A stretch of 64,000 nt of DNA from Octopus vulgaris (GCA_951406725.2 OX597815.1:80972001-81036000); one strand, 5' to 3'. Numbered from the stretch's first letter, positions 13,835 to 29,120 are shown. Notes: generated from the letters alone by a model not told the origin. Numbers and translations are program-made.

Positions 13835-15078
13835 TTGTACAAACACACACAAGCACACACATATGTGGGTGAGGATATGTATGTACGTATTTTTTCCAAA
13901 TTTTATTGTATCTTTGTAAAGGAATGTTCACATGTACATAGCTTGCAACTTTGCAGCTTTGCCCTCACGATCTGTAGACATCAGGAAAACTCATTTTACC
14001 AAAATGCTTGTTGCTGTATCGCTTGCAAGTTAAGTATTAAAGTACAAAACAAAAGGCGCTCTTTCCAACGGAACAGTTGCTATCGTTTAACACCATTTCC
14101 TTTTTGTATGTTCTTCACATTAAATATATATGTATTTGTGTAGATGTTTATTGGTCTCGAAGAAGGCAATGTGTCTATAACCTTAGCAAGCAACCGAGAC
14201 CGGTGAGGTCGAAGTGGTCAATGTTTGTCGTGAACATTTGCAAGAAGACGACTGCAGGAAAACGTGCTGAAAGGGAGTTGACGTCCTGGGGAGGAGGAAT
14301 AAACATGGTGGTTCATATAAAATCTTGAGGATTGACGCAGTAAGGTTGAAGGGTGGAGGGAAAGGCGAGTATGTTGGGAGTAGAGTACCTTAGTGGAAGC
14401 GATACCGGACTTGTGAACTCCGTGGCATAGTATCCAAGTGTAATCGCGGTAGAAAAGACAAACAACTGAGATTGCACATCTGAGAGACAGAATTTAGAGC
14501 GTCTGTGAGTGACTTCATGCTTTTCTTTTTGGATGTTTGTCGAGAGTGTCCGTGTGTATAATAACATACTGTCCCAAATGTGGAAGCAATAATACTCTAC
14601 CAGTACACCTGAGATTTATAGATAGTTGTTGCAGGTGGCAGAAGTATTTTCTGATATAGTAGGGGAAAGCTAGTGATAACGGTGCAGTTTTAGCTACATT
14701 GTGGATGTACGCTCAAAAGGAGTGATTCTCAGTAAGGCCTAGCATTTGAGGCGAGTATTGTATCCTGTTGAAAGAAGGGGCTTTTATTAATGAGAAACTA
14801 GTCAAGTTGTAATACGCAAACATTATAACACACCAATTTACAAAAGCGGGCGGAGACGCTCTCTCAGCAAGAACATATTCTTGCTTTTTGTGATAATAGC
14901 TTATGCTTTGAATAGTCTATTGTTTGGGCTAGCATTTTTTCTTTTGTTTAATTTTCGACTTCTAGCGCAAAAGTAGTAATGATTGCTCAATCCAAAACAT
15001 CGATCATACGATTTTAGACATTGACAGCCAGTATCTAGGTTCTATTTGCATGCCGTTTTTGATACAGAAGGGGAGAAA

Positions 15079-15138
<60 letters not shown>

Positions 15139-15312
15139 CGGTGAATGAATCTTTGTGTTGGGGGAAAAAAGACATGTTTACTTATGATAGATATCTTATC
15201 ATAATTCAGCTGGCAAATTTATTCTTGTTTTACCTGAATGCTTATAAGTAATTTTGAAAAATGCATCCTGTATCTCGTAGTATGTAGAACCTTGCATCTT
15301 GTGGTATACCGA

Positions 15313-15540
15313 GGTGAGCTGGCAGAAACGCTAGCGTGCTGGGCGAAATGCTTAATGGTATTTTGTCTGCCGTTACGTTCTGAGTTCAAATTCTGCCGAG
15401 GTTGACTTTGCCTTTCATCCTTTCGGGGTCGATTAAATAAGTACTAGTTACGCACTGGGGTCGATATAATCGACTTAATCCGTTTGTCTGTCCTTGTTTG
15501 TCCACTCTGTGTTTAGCCCCTTGTGGGTAGTAGAGAAATA
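15313..15540 (+). mobile_element. SINE family B, full length, with 10-bp TSD
   Basis: tRNA-like head (GAGCTGGCAGAA...GAGTTCAAATTC), central GCCTTTCATCCTTTCGGGGTCGAT domain; TSD GGTATACCGA at 15303-15312 and 15541-15550. Confidence 0.92.
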
Positions 15541-15878
15541 GGTATACCGAATCAGCGTCAGTCCAGTAGTACGATCAATTTAATTCAGTATGTTACCTTT
15601 TCCTGATAAATACAGTGTCATGTACTAATGTTAAACAAAAATCAACAAGTGTTATTTCCAGGTTCTCTTACATTTAAACTTCAAAATAAGAAACGGGAAA
15701 ATTTCTCAGTTAACACACGCTGTATTAGTTGTGAACTCTTATGTCTGGAGTTCAAATCACTTCAGAGTTAGCTTTCTTTCTTTCTTCCATCGTCGACCAG
15801 TCACGTAACGGAATCGATTAAATCGACAAAGTGTATCCTCAAAATTGATGGCATCGTGCCTCAGAAATCTCTATAATG

Positions 15879-15946
<68 letters not shown>

Positions 15947-16552
15947 TAACAACAATATTTATGGCAGTTATCATTAAAACAGACTATTCTACCGGAAACG
16001 CTTTCACAGTTTTGATAAATTTTCTTTAAAGTCAATGCCAACTCGAAAAGTTGGAAACATAGCTGGTTTTACTTTTGAAGTTAAATTAACCAAAAACAGT
16101 AATGAGGTAATTGTGATTAAGTACCAGCACCTTAAGTGGAGCATATTTGGCAGTATTTATTTATTTATTTATTTATCATTCACAAACGACACTTTTCTAA
16201 ATGGTTACTGAAGTAGTAGTAAGAATTGTTGTTGTTGTTCTTAGCACTAGGTTAGCCTCGAATCGAGAACACCCATGACCAAATGCACCCAGCTATAACC
16301 ACCCAACTTTTTGTTTATTGAATTTAGGTCGACACTAGGCTGCGTCTTTTCTTCATTTTTTTTATTTTTTGCAATTTTCGGGAGATTTAGCTGCTATTTC
16401 AAGCAGGTTAGGCGACCACGAAAAGTGGCTGAAGTTTGTAAGAGTAAGATTCTATAGTGCAGAAAGCCACGGGCTGACCAAAGCCTTGTGAGTAGATTTT
16501 GTTGACGGAAACTGAAAGAAGTCCGTCGTATATATATATATATATATATATA

Positions 16553-17557
16553 TTAGATTGGCAACTAAGTTCCCACCGTATTTTTTAATTAAAATTTTTT
16601 AATGGTTTAATAAAATATAAGAACTAATTAATCAATAATGTGTTCACCCTTGTTGTTTACAACTTCTTCCCAACGTTCAAAAAGATTTTCAATAACTCTT
16701 TAGTAGAAATCACCCGACTTCGACCCGAAAAATTGATCCAACCAAGCTCTCAATTCTGCATCAGTATTGAACGAAACTCCGCGCATAGCATTTGAAAGAG
16801 ATCGAAAGAGGTGGAAATCCGTTGGTGCCAAATCAGGAGAGTCCGGCGGGTGTGGCAACACTTCCCAGGCATGCATTTCAATGGCTTCCTTGGTCATATT
16901 GGCGATATGAGGGCGGGCGTTGTCGTGCAGCCAAAGAACTCCATGCTAACGATTAGGTGTTTTCTCTTGAATAGCCGTGTTGAGTCGTTCTACCTGTTGA
17001 ACATAAAGTTACACGTTGACCGTTTCGTTCCGTTCAAGCAATTCGTAATGGATAATCCCTTCCCAGTCCCACCATACGCACAACATCGTTTTACGCGGAT
17101 GAAGATCTTGTTTCACGCGCGGTGTCGTTTGTTTACCGGGGCTAAGCCATTCCTTACGCTGCTTCATATTGATGTACAGGCACCATATTTCGTCACCAGT
17201 AACGATTCGGTAAAGAAATTGTTGCTTGTGTCCATGAGTTGAGCGGTGACGAGCAAGCAAACCAGCGGAGATTGTTGCTCGTTGATTTTTGTTGTTGTCA
17301 CTTAAAGCATGCGGAACCCAAGCTCCATACTTGTGAAAGTTTCCCATCGAGTGAAGATGCTTCTCTATAGCAGTATGGGAGCATTCCATTTTCTCTGCCA
17401 GTTCCCTTGTCGTTTGACGAGAATTTTCATGCAAAAGTTGGTTTAATCGCTCTTCATCGAACTCAACTGGACGGCCAGAACGAGGTGCGTCTTTGAGGTC
17501 AAAATTTCCATATTTGAACTTGGTATGCCAATCATGAGCGGTTCTTTCAGACAGCTA
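16553..17557 (-). mobile_element. Mariner (DD34D) transposon, 5'-truncated, transposase with in-frame stops
   Basis: WVPHAL, RIVTGDEIW, HDNARPH, HPPDSPDLAPTDFHLF motifs; coding ends at about 16628; one TIR (TTAGATTGGCAACTAAGT) next to TA in a (TA)n tract. Confidence 0.95.
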
Positions 17558-17659
17558 GGTGATACAAAAAAGGACAAGAAAACATCCATACAGACACATG
17601 TATGTATGTAATGGATGCATGTATGTATATGTGTGTATATATTCGCGCACATATGTTTA

Positions 17660-17852
17660 GTGTCTGTGTTTGTCCCCCACTACCACTTTATAACCGGTGT
17701 TGGGGAGTTAACGTCCCCGTAACACAGCGGTTCGGCAAAAGAGGCCGATAGAATAAGTACTGGAGTCGATTCATTTGACTAAAAATTCTTCAAGGCGGTG
17801 CCCCAACATGGCCGAAGTCCAATGACTGAGGAAAATAAAACGTAAAAAGTAA
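17660..17852 (+). mobile_element. SINE family A, 3' half
   Basis: Homology to other family A copies. Confidence 0.8.
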
Positions 17853-18104
17853 AAATGATGTAGAAGAAAGAATGCAACGTCACCTTATTTTCACTCTGTA
17901 CCACTTACGATAATGTTCTATACGTTGTGTGTGCACAGTTTTTTTGTATCAGGATTACTAGATCTGTGAATCACGTCTAGTCTTGATAACGTCAAGTGTT
18001 GTTATAGATAAAGCACCATAGATCTGCACGATAAAAACTGACTGCTGCACGGCATCTTGAGAAATTTAGTGCAGTAGAATATTCGATATTAATGGTATAC
18101 CATA

Positions 18105-18310
18105 CTGGCCCTCCGTCGGTTGCGACGACAAGGATTCCAGTTGATCCTTGATCCAAGAACAGCCTGCTCATGAAATTAACGTGCATGTGGCCGAGCACTC
18201 AACAGACCTGTGTACCCTTAACATAGTCCTCAGGGAGATACCGCGTGACACAGAGTGTGACAAGGCTGGTACTTTGAAATACAAATACTACTCATTTTTG
18301 CTAGCTGAAA
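18105..18310 (-). mobile_element. SINE family C, 3' part
   Basis: Reverse complement of 24255-24455 (CCTTGTCACACTCTGTGTCACGC...TGCACGTTAATTTCA...AACCGACGGAG). Confidence 0.85.
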
Positions 18311-18497
18311 AAGAGGGAACACAAGTGAATTTAAAGTAAATTTCTCTCAATTGTTTGTTGACTTTCCATAGAAATTGATCAGAAAGAGAAACGCTCATCA
18401 CTTCTTATGATTTCTTTCTCGAATAATCCAGCAGATTGATCCCTTCCCTAATCCTTTATGATCAGTCTTCAACATGGTAGATTATCTAACACCCTTT

Positions 18498-18980
18498 TTT
18501 TTTACTTGCTTCAGTCATGCTGTGGCCATGCTGGGTCACTACCTTGTAGAATTTTGGTCGAATGTATCGACCGCAGTACATATTTTTTTTTTTTTTTTGC
18601 TAAGCCTGGTACTTATTCTGTAAATCTCTTTTGCCGAACCGCTAGGCTACGGAGCCGTGAACACACTAGCACTGGTCGTCAAGCGATGCGGGGGTACAAC
18701 ACAGACACAAAGACATATACACACACATTCTTTTATTCTTTCATTCTTTTATTCTTTTACTTGTTTCAGTCATTTGACTGTGGCAATGCTGGGGCACTGT
18801 CTTGTGTCGAACAACTCGATCCCAGGTCTTATTCTTTGTAAGCCTAGTGCTTATTCTATCAGTCTCTTTCCGCAAACCGCTAAGTTACGGGGACGTAAAC
18901 ACCCAACATCGGTTGTCAGGCGATGGTGAGGTACAAACACAGACACACAAATACAGATACGCAGACACACACACACATAA

Positions 18981-19040
<60 letters not shown>

Positions 19041-19345
19041 GACAGGCTTCTTTCAGTTACCATCTACGAAATCCACTCACAAGGCTTTGGTCGGCCCGAG
19101 ACTATAGCAGAAGACACTTTTCCAAGGTTCCACGCAGTGGGACTGAATCCGGAACCAAGTGGTTGGGAAGCAAGCTTCTTACCACACAGCCCGCTCCTGC
19201 GCCTATATACATATATACGATAGGCCTCTTTCAGTTTCCATCTACCAAATCCATTCACAAGACTTTGGTCGGCTCGAGGCTATAGCAGAAGGTGCCATGC
19301 AGTGGGACTGAAGATAGAACCATGTGGTTAGGGAGCAACCATCAA
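18498..19345 (-). mobile_element. Cluster of three SINE family A copies (3' half, full length, 5' part) in the same orientation
   Basis: Approximately 18498-18725, 18745-19203 and 19215-19345 each match family A. Confidence 0.85.
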
Positions 19346-19836
19346 AGAAATACCACACAGCCATGGAAAAAAAATACTAAATGCAGAGTATTTTACGTAA
19401 AATTCTAAAGAAAGGCAAAGAAGAAAAGAGTGCAGGAAGGGAAAGAGAAGAAAGGGAATGCAGTCACCCAGTCGACGGATACGAAAACACAGCTTGGCAC
19501 CCTACAATCTCGCAAGAGGACCACGTGCGTCAGAGAAAAAAATACCCACCACCAGTCTATATCACGTGATAGCTTGCATAAGGAAGCGAGAATGTGTTGG
19601 GTGTGAAACTTTCGGAGAATAAACTTAGATTTCCAGACATTGTTGATAGCGTAATTCTGTAAAAACATGTATATGTGTCTGAGCGTTTGTTTGATGTCGA
19701 CATGGTCCAGTAAGTCGACAAATAGTCATTAGAGTCACACTCGAAGGCTTGCCTTTAGTGATTCAAGGATGTATATTTGCTCAAGTGGTTCCCGTTGTGT
19801 TCTCTTGCCTCTTGCGGTGATCTGAGATTTACTGTT

Positions 19837-20096
<260 letters not shown>

Positions 20097-20665
20097 TACA
20101 CACACACACATACACATACGAACCAATGAGCACTCGATCCTTATTACAGTTTTACATGTAAGAGATGCTCCTTTGTACAAATTACGCAACCCGTTACCAA
20201 AAACATTCTGCCAATCCTTGGTTCTCGCAAATTCGTCCAATATTCAAAGCAAATGACAATTTACTATAAAAGTATTCAACAGTAATTATTCAACAGTAAA
20301 TAAAACAAAGCTTGTAGATATAAAAAGCATATGAAAAGAAGATGGCATTTCATATACGTACACGATAACACACAGACACACCTCTTTGTTCACTATAAAC
20401 ACACAAACCCACATGTACGCACGCACGTACGCGCAAACTTACATATGTTAATACACATTTACACATACTATGAATACATGTATAGATATATACGTACACA
20501 CGATAATTAACTGTGAAAATACATAAGTGACTCAAAGCTGTGTGTTTTATATATCGCACTTCGGGCCCTGAATCATTTGGAAAAGTTTACAGCCGAATAG
20601 AAATAATGGATATATATTTTTATGTATCGACTTCTGTTCCTCCTCTATGCTCCAACGAATCCATT

Positions 20666-20681
20666 TCTATCTATCTATCTG

Positions 20682-20714
<33 letters not shown>

Positions 20715-20715
20715 A

Positions 20716-20768
<53 letters not shown>

Positions 20769-20783
20769 GTCTGTCTGTCTATA

Positions 20784-20880
<97 letters not shown>

Positions 20881-20907
20881 GTCTATCTATCTATCTATCT
20901 ATCTATC
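20666..20907. repeat. (TATC)n microsatellite
   Basis: Directly visible. Confidence 0.95.
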
Positions 20908-20999
20908 TTTTTTTTTTTTTTTTAAACCTTCAAAAGAAAAGCTCTACCTTGTAATTTGTTCTATCTGTGTGCAGCCCTGTGTGGCTAATAAAGAAACAT
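20908..20999 (+). mobile_element. Extreme 3' end of the same Tx1 family, again in (TATC)n
   Basis: 20931-20999 is identical to the reverse complement of 8709-8777; (TATC)n upstream and degenerate TATC/GATC repeats downstream. Confidence 0.9.
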
Positions 21000-21504
21000 A
21001 TTTAGCTAGCTATCGATCGATCGATCTGTTTGTCTGTCTATTTCTGAACATCTGATGATGTGGGCGTGCCTTATATGCACGAAACTTATGTGCAGCTGAG
21101 ATAAACTGTTATTAAGTACATGTAATTCCAAGTATGATGATTGCTTCTTTCTTTCGTTTGTTCACTCATGCATGTATGATTGAACACATATATTATTTAC
21201 TAATGATAAAGCTGAAGTAAAGACCAAACATATTGTGTGTGTGTTTAACTGGCAACATATGACCATCCCCAAGTAAAGTAATATATATACAAATTGATTT
21301 ATTTGTTAATTAAAGTTCGAAACCTAGGTCCGGGAGGTAAATATTGTAATTTTTTTTTATTTTTCATTCCCTTCCAAATTGCTCTTAACCGTGGTTTGGA
21401 CTTTGACTGTTCCTTCTATCATGTAAGGTGTCCTGTTAAGGTCACCTCTTTTGTGTTTAAATATACACTAATTTTGTGAATAATATATATACATATATAT
21501 TCCT

Positions 21505-21722
21505 TTTTGTTTAATTGTTTCAGTCATTTGACTGCGGCCATGCTGGAGCACCGCCTTAAAGGGTTTTAGTCGAAGAAATCGACCCCAGGACTTATTCTTC
21601 GTAACTTTAGTACTTATTCTATCTGTCTCTTGTGCCGAACCGCTAAGTTACGAAACGTAAACATACCAACATCAGTTTTGAAGAGATGGTGGAGAGACAA
21701 ACGCAGACACAAAGATACACAC
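21505..21722 (-). mobile_element. SINE family A, 3' half
   Basis: Homology to other family A copies. Confidence 0.85.
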
Positions 21723-21758
21723 ATAGATCTATCTATATATCTATATAAATATATATAT

Positions 21759-22139
21759 GTAACTGGAACAAGGAAGACGTGTTCTTCTCTGTCTCCTGTC
21801 CTAGCTTGATTTACGCGTTCGCCAGCACAACCTCGATTAGGCTTCGAAACCCTTCCTGTTTGTTTTCACTGTCCTGTTTGTGTTACCAATTTTGACCCTC
21901 CGCAAAATCACAAATTTAATTTGCTTTTCGGGAGCAACTGTTTTATCGAAAGCGTATGTTGTTAAATGCTCGAAATACGAGAGTAGAAAAACAGCCAACA
22001 ACTGATGAAGGGTTGTTCTTTATATTGTTTGTCTTGTTTTCCATTTGTGCCTTTCGTTGTTCGAAAAAATAGTTTATATTCCATGTACTCGTACTTCGTT
22101 TTTTTGTACCCGTTTCGTGACATTCTGTGCCCACATATG

Positions 22140-22205
<66 letters not shown>

Positions 22206-22248
22206 TATATCCGTATGTATATATATATACATATATGTATATATATAC

Positions 22249-22317
<69 letters not shown>

Positions 22318-22368
22318 TATTTATATTATTATATGACTGAGCGGCCCGCATCCCCTTCCAAGTAAGTT
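21759..22368 (+). mobile_element. Family P (TA-embedded, ORF-less, circularly permuted), copy X
   Basis: Homologous to 51700-52050, then (TA)n/(TG)n, then to the start of 51295-51340. Confidence 0.7.
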
Positions 22369-22750
22369 ATATATATATATATATAATTAATTAATAAGGG
22401 TGAGAGAATTAGATACCTTTTGGATTAACTGGTGCTAGAGTGATCAATATAGTGACCACTCTCTTATATTTATTTTATATATATATATATATATATTATG
22501 CGTTTGCATCCGTATTTGTGTGTGTGTGTCTTTCTTTCTTGATGAGAAAGGTAACCTACCACGTTTATATTAATTATGTACGTTGTTAATAACGTACTAA
22601 TTACGTAATTACACATGTTGGTGCTTTTATTCGATTGAAACATCTGCTAAAAACAACAAAATAATGAATCATGTAAAATTTTCGTTTTACTGCTGTTTAC
22701 TATATAATATAATGTATATGATAGTTAGATAGACAGACAAACAGACATAC

Positions 22751-22835
<85 letters not shown>

Positions 22836-24139
22836 CATACATACATACATACATACATACATAGATACATAGATAGAAATGCATACATGCATACATATGT
22901 TTGTATACATGTATGCAATTTGCATGGCCTCAATTCCTTGTCAAAAGTATGACGGCATTTGTATCATAACATGACCTGTAGATTTTGTAGAGGGCACGCA
23001 ACAGTATGGTGGTAATTAGTTTTAAAAATACTTACTGCTTTATAAATGGAAACCCATAATCATCCTGGTCGTTTGTGATGCCTTCGCTTAGTCTTAGGTC
23101 ACCCCAATCGAGGAGACCTATAACGAAAAAAGCGTTCAAGTCTTGAATGTCGTGTTTTTCATTTTGCGTTTCATTTTGCGATTCATTTTGCCATTGTGTA
23201 TTTACCTTTCTTAAAAGAGATAGTACGATTTGGGGGAGATTTAACTGTGGGTTTTAGCGGGTCGTGAAACTACGTAAAGGTTCCGTTTCAGGCTCGCGCA
23301 TATCAAGTGAATGTATTTCTTCGCTAGCGCTTAAGGTTGTGAGTCACAATGAAACTTAATACATACACACCGATATGCATGCACATATGTATGTGTGAAT
23401 GTATATGTGTGTGTGCGTGTGTGTGTGAGAGTGAGTGTATGTGTGTGGTTGTGCGTGCATGTGTTTGCATATATGTATATATAAACATATATACTTGCAT
23501 ATGAATGTGTGAATGTGTGCATATATATATAATAACAGGTATCAGTCTTTATTGATACAAAACAAATAAGTAAATAAGCAATTTTTAGTTTAAATACTTA
23601 AATTATTATACATTTTCTATAAATCTTCTCTATTGATGTTAATAAGATATATATATTTTATCATGGTTTTAGGGATTAAGCTATTTTATTCCTTTTCTAT
23701 AGTGTTCTACCCAACCTGATCATTTCATTATTTTATAATAGCCTTTATAAAATAAACCTAATTTTTATACCCCTATAAATTCATATTTAGCTTATATAAA
23801 ACAATACCGGTCTTTTCGCAACTTAAACTGATTAGATTATATAGTTAACATGTTCTTTCACCTCAGTACTCCTTTATTAAATACCAGTAAATGCCAATGA
23901 TCAATCTTCATAGATACCATCAAACAAGTTAATATTTAAGTGTATAATATGCATAAATATTAAACTATTTCTATGTAATTTTCTTTTCCTCCTTCTATTG
24001 TGGTAAAATTTGGTATATACTCAAAAGTATTCAAAAAAAAATTATCCTTTTGTTATAATATTCTTCTTAGTCTTCTGAATAACCCTAAAATTTAACTTTA
24101 TACAATATGGCAATATTGTTTAAAATATTTAATTATAGT

Positions 24140-24455
24140 ACCCCATGATAAAATGGTTAGGGCATTCGGTTCACGATTGTAAGGTCGGGAGTTCGATTTC
24201 CGTCGACGCGTTGTGTCCTTGAGCAAGACACTATTTCACGTTACTCCAGTCTACTCAGCTGGTAAAAATGAGTTGTACCTGTATTTCAAAGGACCGGCCT
24301 TGTCACACTCTGTGTCACGCTGAATCTCCCTGAGAACTACTTTAGGGGTAGACGTGTCTGTGGATTGCTCAGTCACTTGCACGTTAATTTCACGAGCAGG
24401 TTGTTCCGTTGATCGTATCAGCTGGGACCCTCATCGCCGTAACCGACGGAGTGCT
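24140..24455 (+). mobile_element. SINE family C, full length (tRNA-derived)
   Basis: Head AAATGGTTAGGGCATTCGGTTCACGATTGTAAGGTCGGGAGTTCGATTTCC with A/B-box-like motifs, then GTGTCCTTGAGCAAGACACT; second copy at 18105-18310. Confidence 0.85.
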
Positions 24456-24464
24456 CATACATAT

Positions 24465-24519
<55 letters not shown>

Positions 24520-24712
24520 TGATTATTAAGGCCGGTGAGAGAGTAACCATTGGTTTCGCGCTTAGCTATATAGGCGACGGTCACTCTCTTGACGGCTATA
24601 CCAAACTTCTAAAAATGCATCACTGCCTTAATGTTTTAGAGTGAGTTTCTTCTTCAGATATGTAAACTACTGACGATATATGTGTGTGTGTGTATGTGTG
24701 TGTGTGTGTGTG

Positions 24713-24756
<44 letters not shown>

Positions 24757-24771
24757 TGTGTGTGTGACTGT

Positions 24772-24804
<33 letters not shown>

Positions 24805-25574
24805 CGTATATATGTATGCCTATAAGTATTTATTTAGGTTTGTGTATGGCAACTACTGCGTCTATATTTGCAATTGTGTATGTACACTTGTGTATGTGTG
24901 TGTTCGTGTCTGTGTGTCTGTGTGTTTGCGTGTGCGCGTGTGTGTGTGCGCGCGAGCATGTAAAACCACAGACTGTTCCTGAACTTGAAAACTATACGAA
25001 AACTAGCTGTGTATATATATAACCAGATCTAGTTTATTCTCGCAAATGCACCGAATGACATTGTACGGTGTGAATTCTAGGGAAACAGGCAGAAGCTGTT
25101 TGAATTAGAGGCTTTGGTGCTAAGCTTAATATTTTCGGTTTCGGCTGGATAATTGGTTCCAGTGAATGGGACCAAAATTGCACCTTCACCTTCACCTTCC
25201 TCTAGCTCTCCATTTCATAGAAGTTTTCCATCATCACCACAACTATGAGCACCACCATCACTAGGACCTCTCTCTCCTCCACCAAAAGCACCACCACCAT
25301 CTCCACATTAGCTATACTCTATTTGCTTCATATATAAGACTGGCTTGCAAAAAATGTATCGTTACTGATCGCTTACGGATTCATGCACTGTTATTGTTGT
25401 TGTTGCGGAGAAAAACTCTCTCTTCTTCTCACTTTCTCTTTCTCTATCACTCTCTCACACACACACATGCGCATATTCGTACATAAACACGCACCCTATG
25501 TATATTATCCGTTAGTCGTGCGTAAATCAGAAAAAATATCACTCAAATATATTAAGGCAAATATTTATTTATAT

Positions 25575-25760
25575 CCTTTACTACTCTATGCACAAGGCCC
25601 GAAATTTTGGGGGAGGAGACCAGTCGAGTAGATCGACCTCAGTACGCAACTGGTATTTAATTTATCGACCCCAAAAGGATGAAAGGCAAAAATGACCTCG
25701 ACGGAACTTGAACTCAGGACAAAAACAGACGAAATACTGCTAGCGCCCAGCGTGCTGAAA
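25575..25760 (-). mobile_element. SINE family B (alternative tail type)
   Basis: Family B body with tail ...AAATTTCGGGCCTTGTGC.TAGAGTAG. Confidence 0.8.
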
Positions 25761-25859
25761 ATACATATTTATATCGTCCATGGATAGATAGCTGTATATA
25801 TATTCACACTCACTCACTCACACACACACATTCACACACGCATACACACACACACACCC

Positions 25860-25890
<31 letters not shown>

Positions 25891-25959
25891 CAGACATCTA
25901 TTTGTTTATGTGCATGTATTTGTATATGTTTGTACGTGTAAATGCGTATATGAATATAT

Positions 25960-26660
<701 letters not shown>

Positions 26661-26717
26661 TGTCCGCAGTACATTCTTACATTTACACATATATACACAC
26701 ATACATACATACATACA

Positions 26718-26751
<34 letters not shown>

Positions 26752-27141
26752 CTAGCAGTATCACCCGGTGTTGCTTGGGTTTATTTCGACCCTTTAGAAT
26801 TGGAATTTTTGAAAAGTAAAAATTTTGCATTATGCAACTTGTTATTCTCTTCAAGTGAACATTTTTCCAGTTGAAATACACCGAAAAATGGTGACACAAC
26901 AGTCAAAAATCGTAAAAAATAGGGATTTTCATAGAAAAAAAGGCACCTTTTTGATGTAAATAATTTTTGGTGTTAACATGGTCCCATTTGAATTTTATCT
27001 TCCACAGAATGAAGAGCAAGCCTTCTTCTATCATTCTTTCAATTTTGGTCAACTTGCGCTGTAGGGTCTCGAAGGAGATAGTGTTAGTTGAAGGCTACCA
27101 AACCTGCCACATACAGACAACCTCAGCTTTATATATATAGA
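26752..27141 (-). mobile_element. Non-autonomous Helitron
   Basis: Same termini as 3047-3559: A|TCTATATATATAAAG...CCCAAGCAACACCGGG..ATACTGCTAG|T; a second Helitron-like 5' end lies at 27235. Confidence 0.85.
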
Positions 27142-27830
27142 TTTGCTACACACTAGTTTCCATCCTTAATAATGAAACTTGGTAGATCCAAAAGTTAAAC
27201 ACACAGACACACAAGTTGAGTTTTATATATATAGATTTCTCAACGGGGATTTCAGGGGAGAGTTTCAGGGAGTCGCTGGCGATATATCGTGATGATCAAA
27301 AATCCGGCCTGCTAAAATTTGGTTAAAGTGATTCAAACTGCAGACTCAACGCAAAATGGTCACATTTAATTCAAAGCGTTAAAAATGTTATGAAAACAAT
27401 TGGTATGTGTTCACAAAGTTCAAACGATTAATACGAAAAAACCCTCCAGGTTACATCCCGAAAATTCATTTGTCTACAAATATACCAGAGGGAATCCCTT
27501 TGTTTTAAAGTCCACCAGGAGCCTCTCGATCCTCTTGATGTTCGTTGCTGGGGTGTCGTGAAGGGGCCTGGATTAGGGATTGGATTGTTAAGCTAACTAT
27601 TAAATCCTGAGATGAGGAATCCTATTGCAGTCCAAGCGACCGGATGTTGTCAGTAGGCTCCAGTCCACCATTCAGTTGAAAACGAGTTCAGTTTGCTGCA
27701 GAGTGGCGCCTCACAAAAATTTTGCAAAAATGGGAGACGTGTACGGGATTTTGGTGGGTACGTCAACTCTAGTTGATGAGGCTGGGAAGTCACCACCGTC
27801 TTTGTCATCATCATCATCCTCATCATTATC

Positions 27831-28053
27831 TATTTCTTTACTACCCAGAAGGGGCTAAACATAGAGGGGACAAACAAGGACCGACAAAGGGATCAAGTCG
27901 ATTACATCGACCCTAGTGCGTAACTGGTACTTAATTTATCGACGCGGAAAGGATGAAAGGCAGAGTCGACCTCGACGGAATTTGAACTCAGAACGTAACG
28001 GCAGACGAAATATCGCTAAGCATTTCGCCCGGCGCGCTAACGCTTCTGCCAGT
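27831..28053 (-). mobile_element. SINE family B with TSD
   Basis: Family B head, body and tail; TCATCATTATC on both sides. Confidence 0.9.
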
Positions 28054-28625
28054 TCATCATTATCGTCGTAGTCGTCGTCGTCATCATCATCCAAATAAAG
28101 ATCGGTACCCACCATTTTTAACTGCCAATTCATTCTCAAATGTTATGATAAGAAGCAGTGGGAAATAAGCTATTACAAGACCAGTTGCATAAATCCTCGT
28201 TATTGCAAAATAAGATTCTTACGTTTGATTATAGATTGCTAATTGCTACATGGAAGTTTGGTTGATAAGTTGCCTGCAATGAAGAATAGAGGTGAATTAT
28301 TTCGGGAATGATGACTGCCTTAAACCATTGTTCACAATGTTTCTGATCCCTAAGGGACAGCTAAAACATGTGCAAGGAATAAACGGTGAAGTAATCAGTA
28401 ATGTACGCTACGTTTTTTGTTTCGAAACCGAAAGTGTTTGTATCTAAGATTTGGATCAATATTAATCCGTTTAGGAGATGTTGATCGGAATGGGATAATT
28501 ATTATTACTCTCGAAAAACCAATCTTTGAGTAGATTTCGGTGCCTTCTTGATGACTGTTCATTTTGATTTACTTAATGTGGCCGATACCCTTCACACGGT
28601 TGCAAACATCAAACGCGCGCGCACG

Positions 28626-28674
<49 letters not shown>

Positions 28675-28717
28675 TCACACATTCGTTTCCCATTTTGTAA
28701 ATTTATCGCCAGCTGCA

Positions 28718-28843
28718 ATGATGATGATGATGATGATGATGATGTTGATGATGTTGATGATGATGATGATGAAGATGATGATGATGATGATGATGATGAT
28801 GGTGATGGTGATGGTGATGGTGATGGTGGTGATGATGATGATG
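28718..28843. repeat. (GAT)n microsatellite
   Basis: Directly visible. Confidence 0.9.
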
Positions 28844-29120
28844 TTAAAGCGGAGAATAAGAATAATACTAAAGCTGAAGTGAAGATCAAGTATATAGTAC
28901 GTGTAGCTAATTAGCAAAATAAATTACCATCCCCAAATATAACAATATATATACATACATACATATATATATACATACATACATACACACATATCATACT
29001 TGTATGATTATGTATGGAAGAATGCATTAATCAATGAAATTCCTGCTTAGTCTGATTTTCATATTTCATTATTTGTATATTTTTCCCATTTTACAATTTT
29101 ACACTTTTACAATATTGAAA

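Noticed and set aside
14140-14800. Possible old LINE ORF1/endonuclease junction on the minus strand (PAVVFLQ)
   Set aside because: Too degraded to call without a profile search
21047-21101. CUGAUGA...GUGC/GCAC GAAAC hammerhead-like motif
   Set aside because: Stem II is out of register and there is no room for stem III or a proper NUH site
24140-24205. tRNA-like sequences (also at 15313-15400 and 19130-19200)
   Set aside because: They are SINE heads followed by SINE bodies, with no complete cloverleaf
24530-24585. Hairpin GAGAGT.ACC...GGTCACTCTC with minus-strand GAAACCAAUGGUU
   Set aside because: The CUGANGA core is absent; at most a decayed relic
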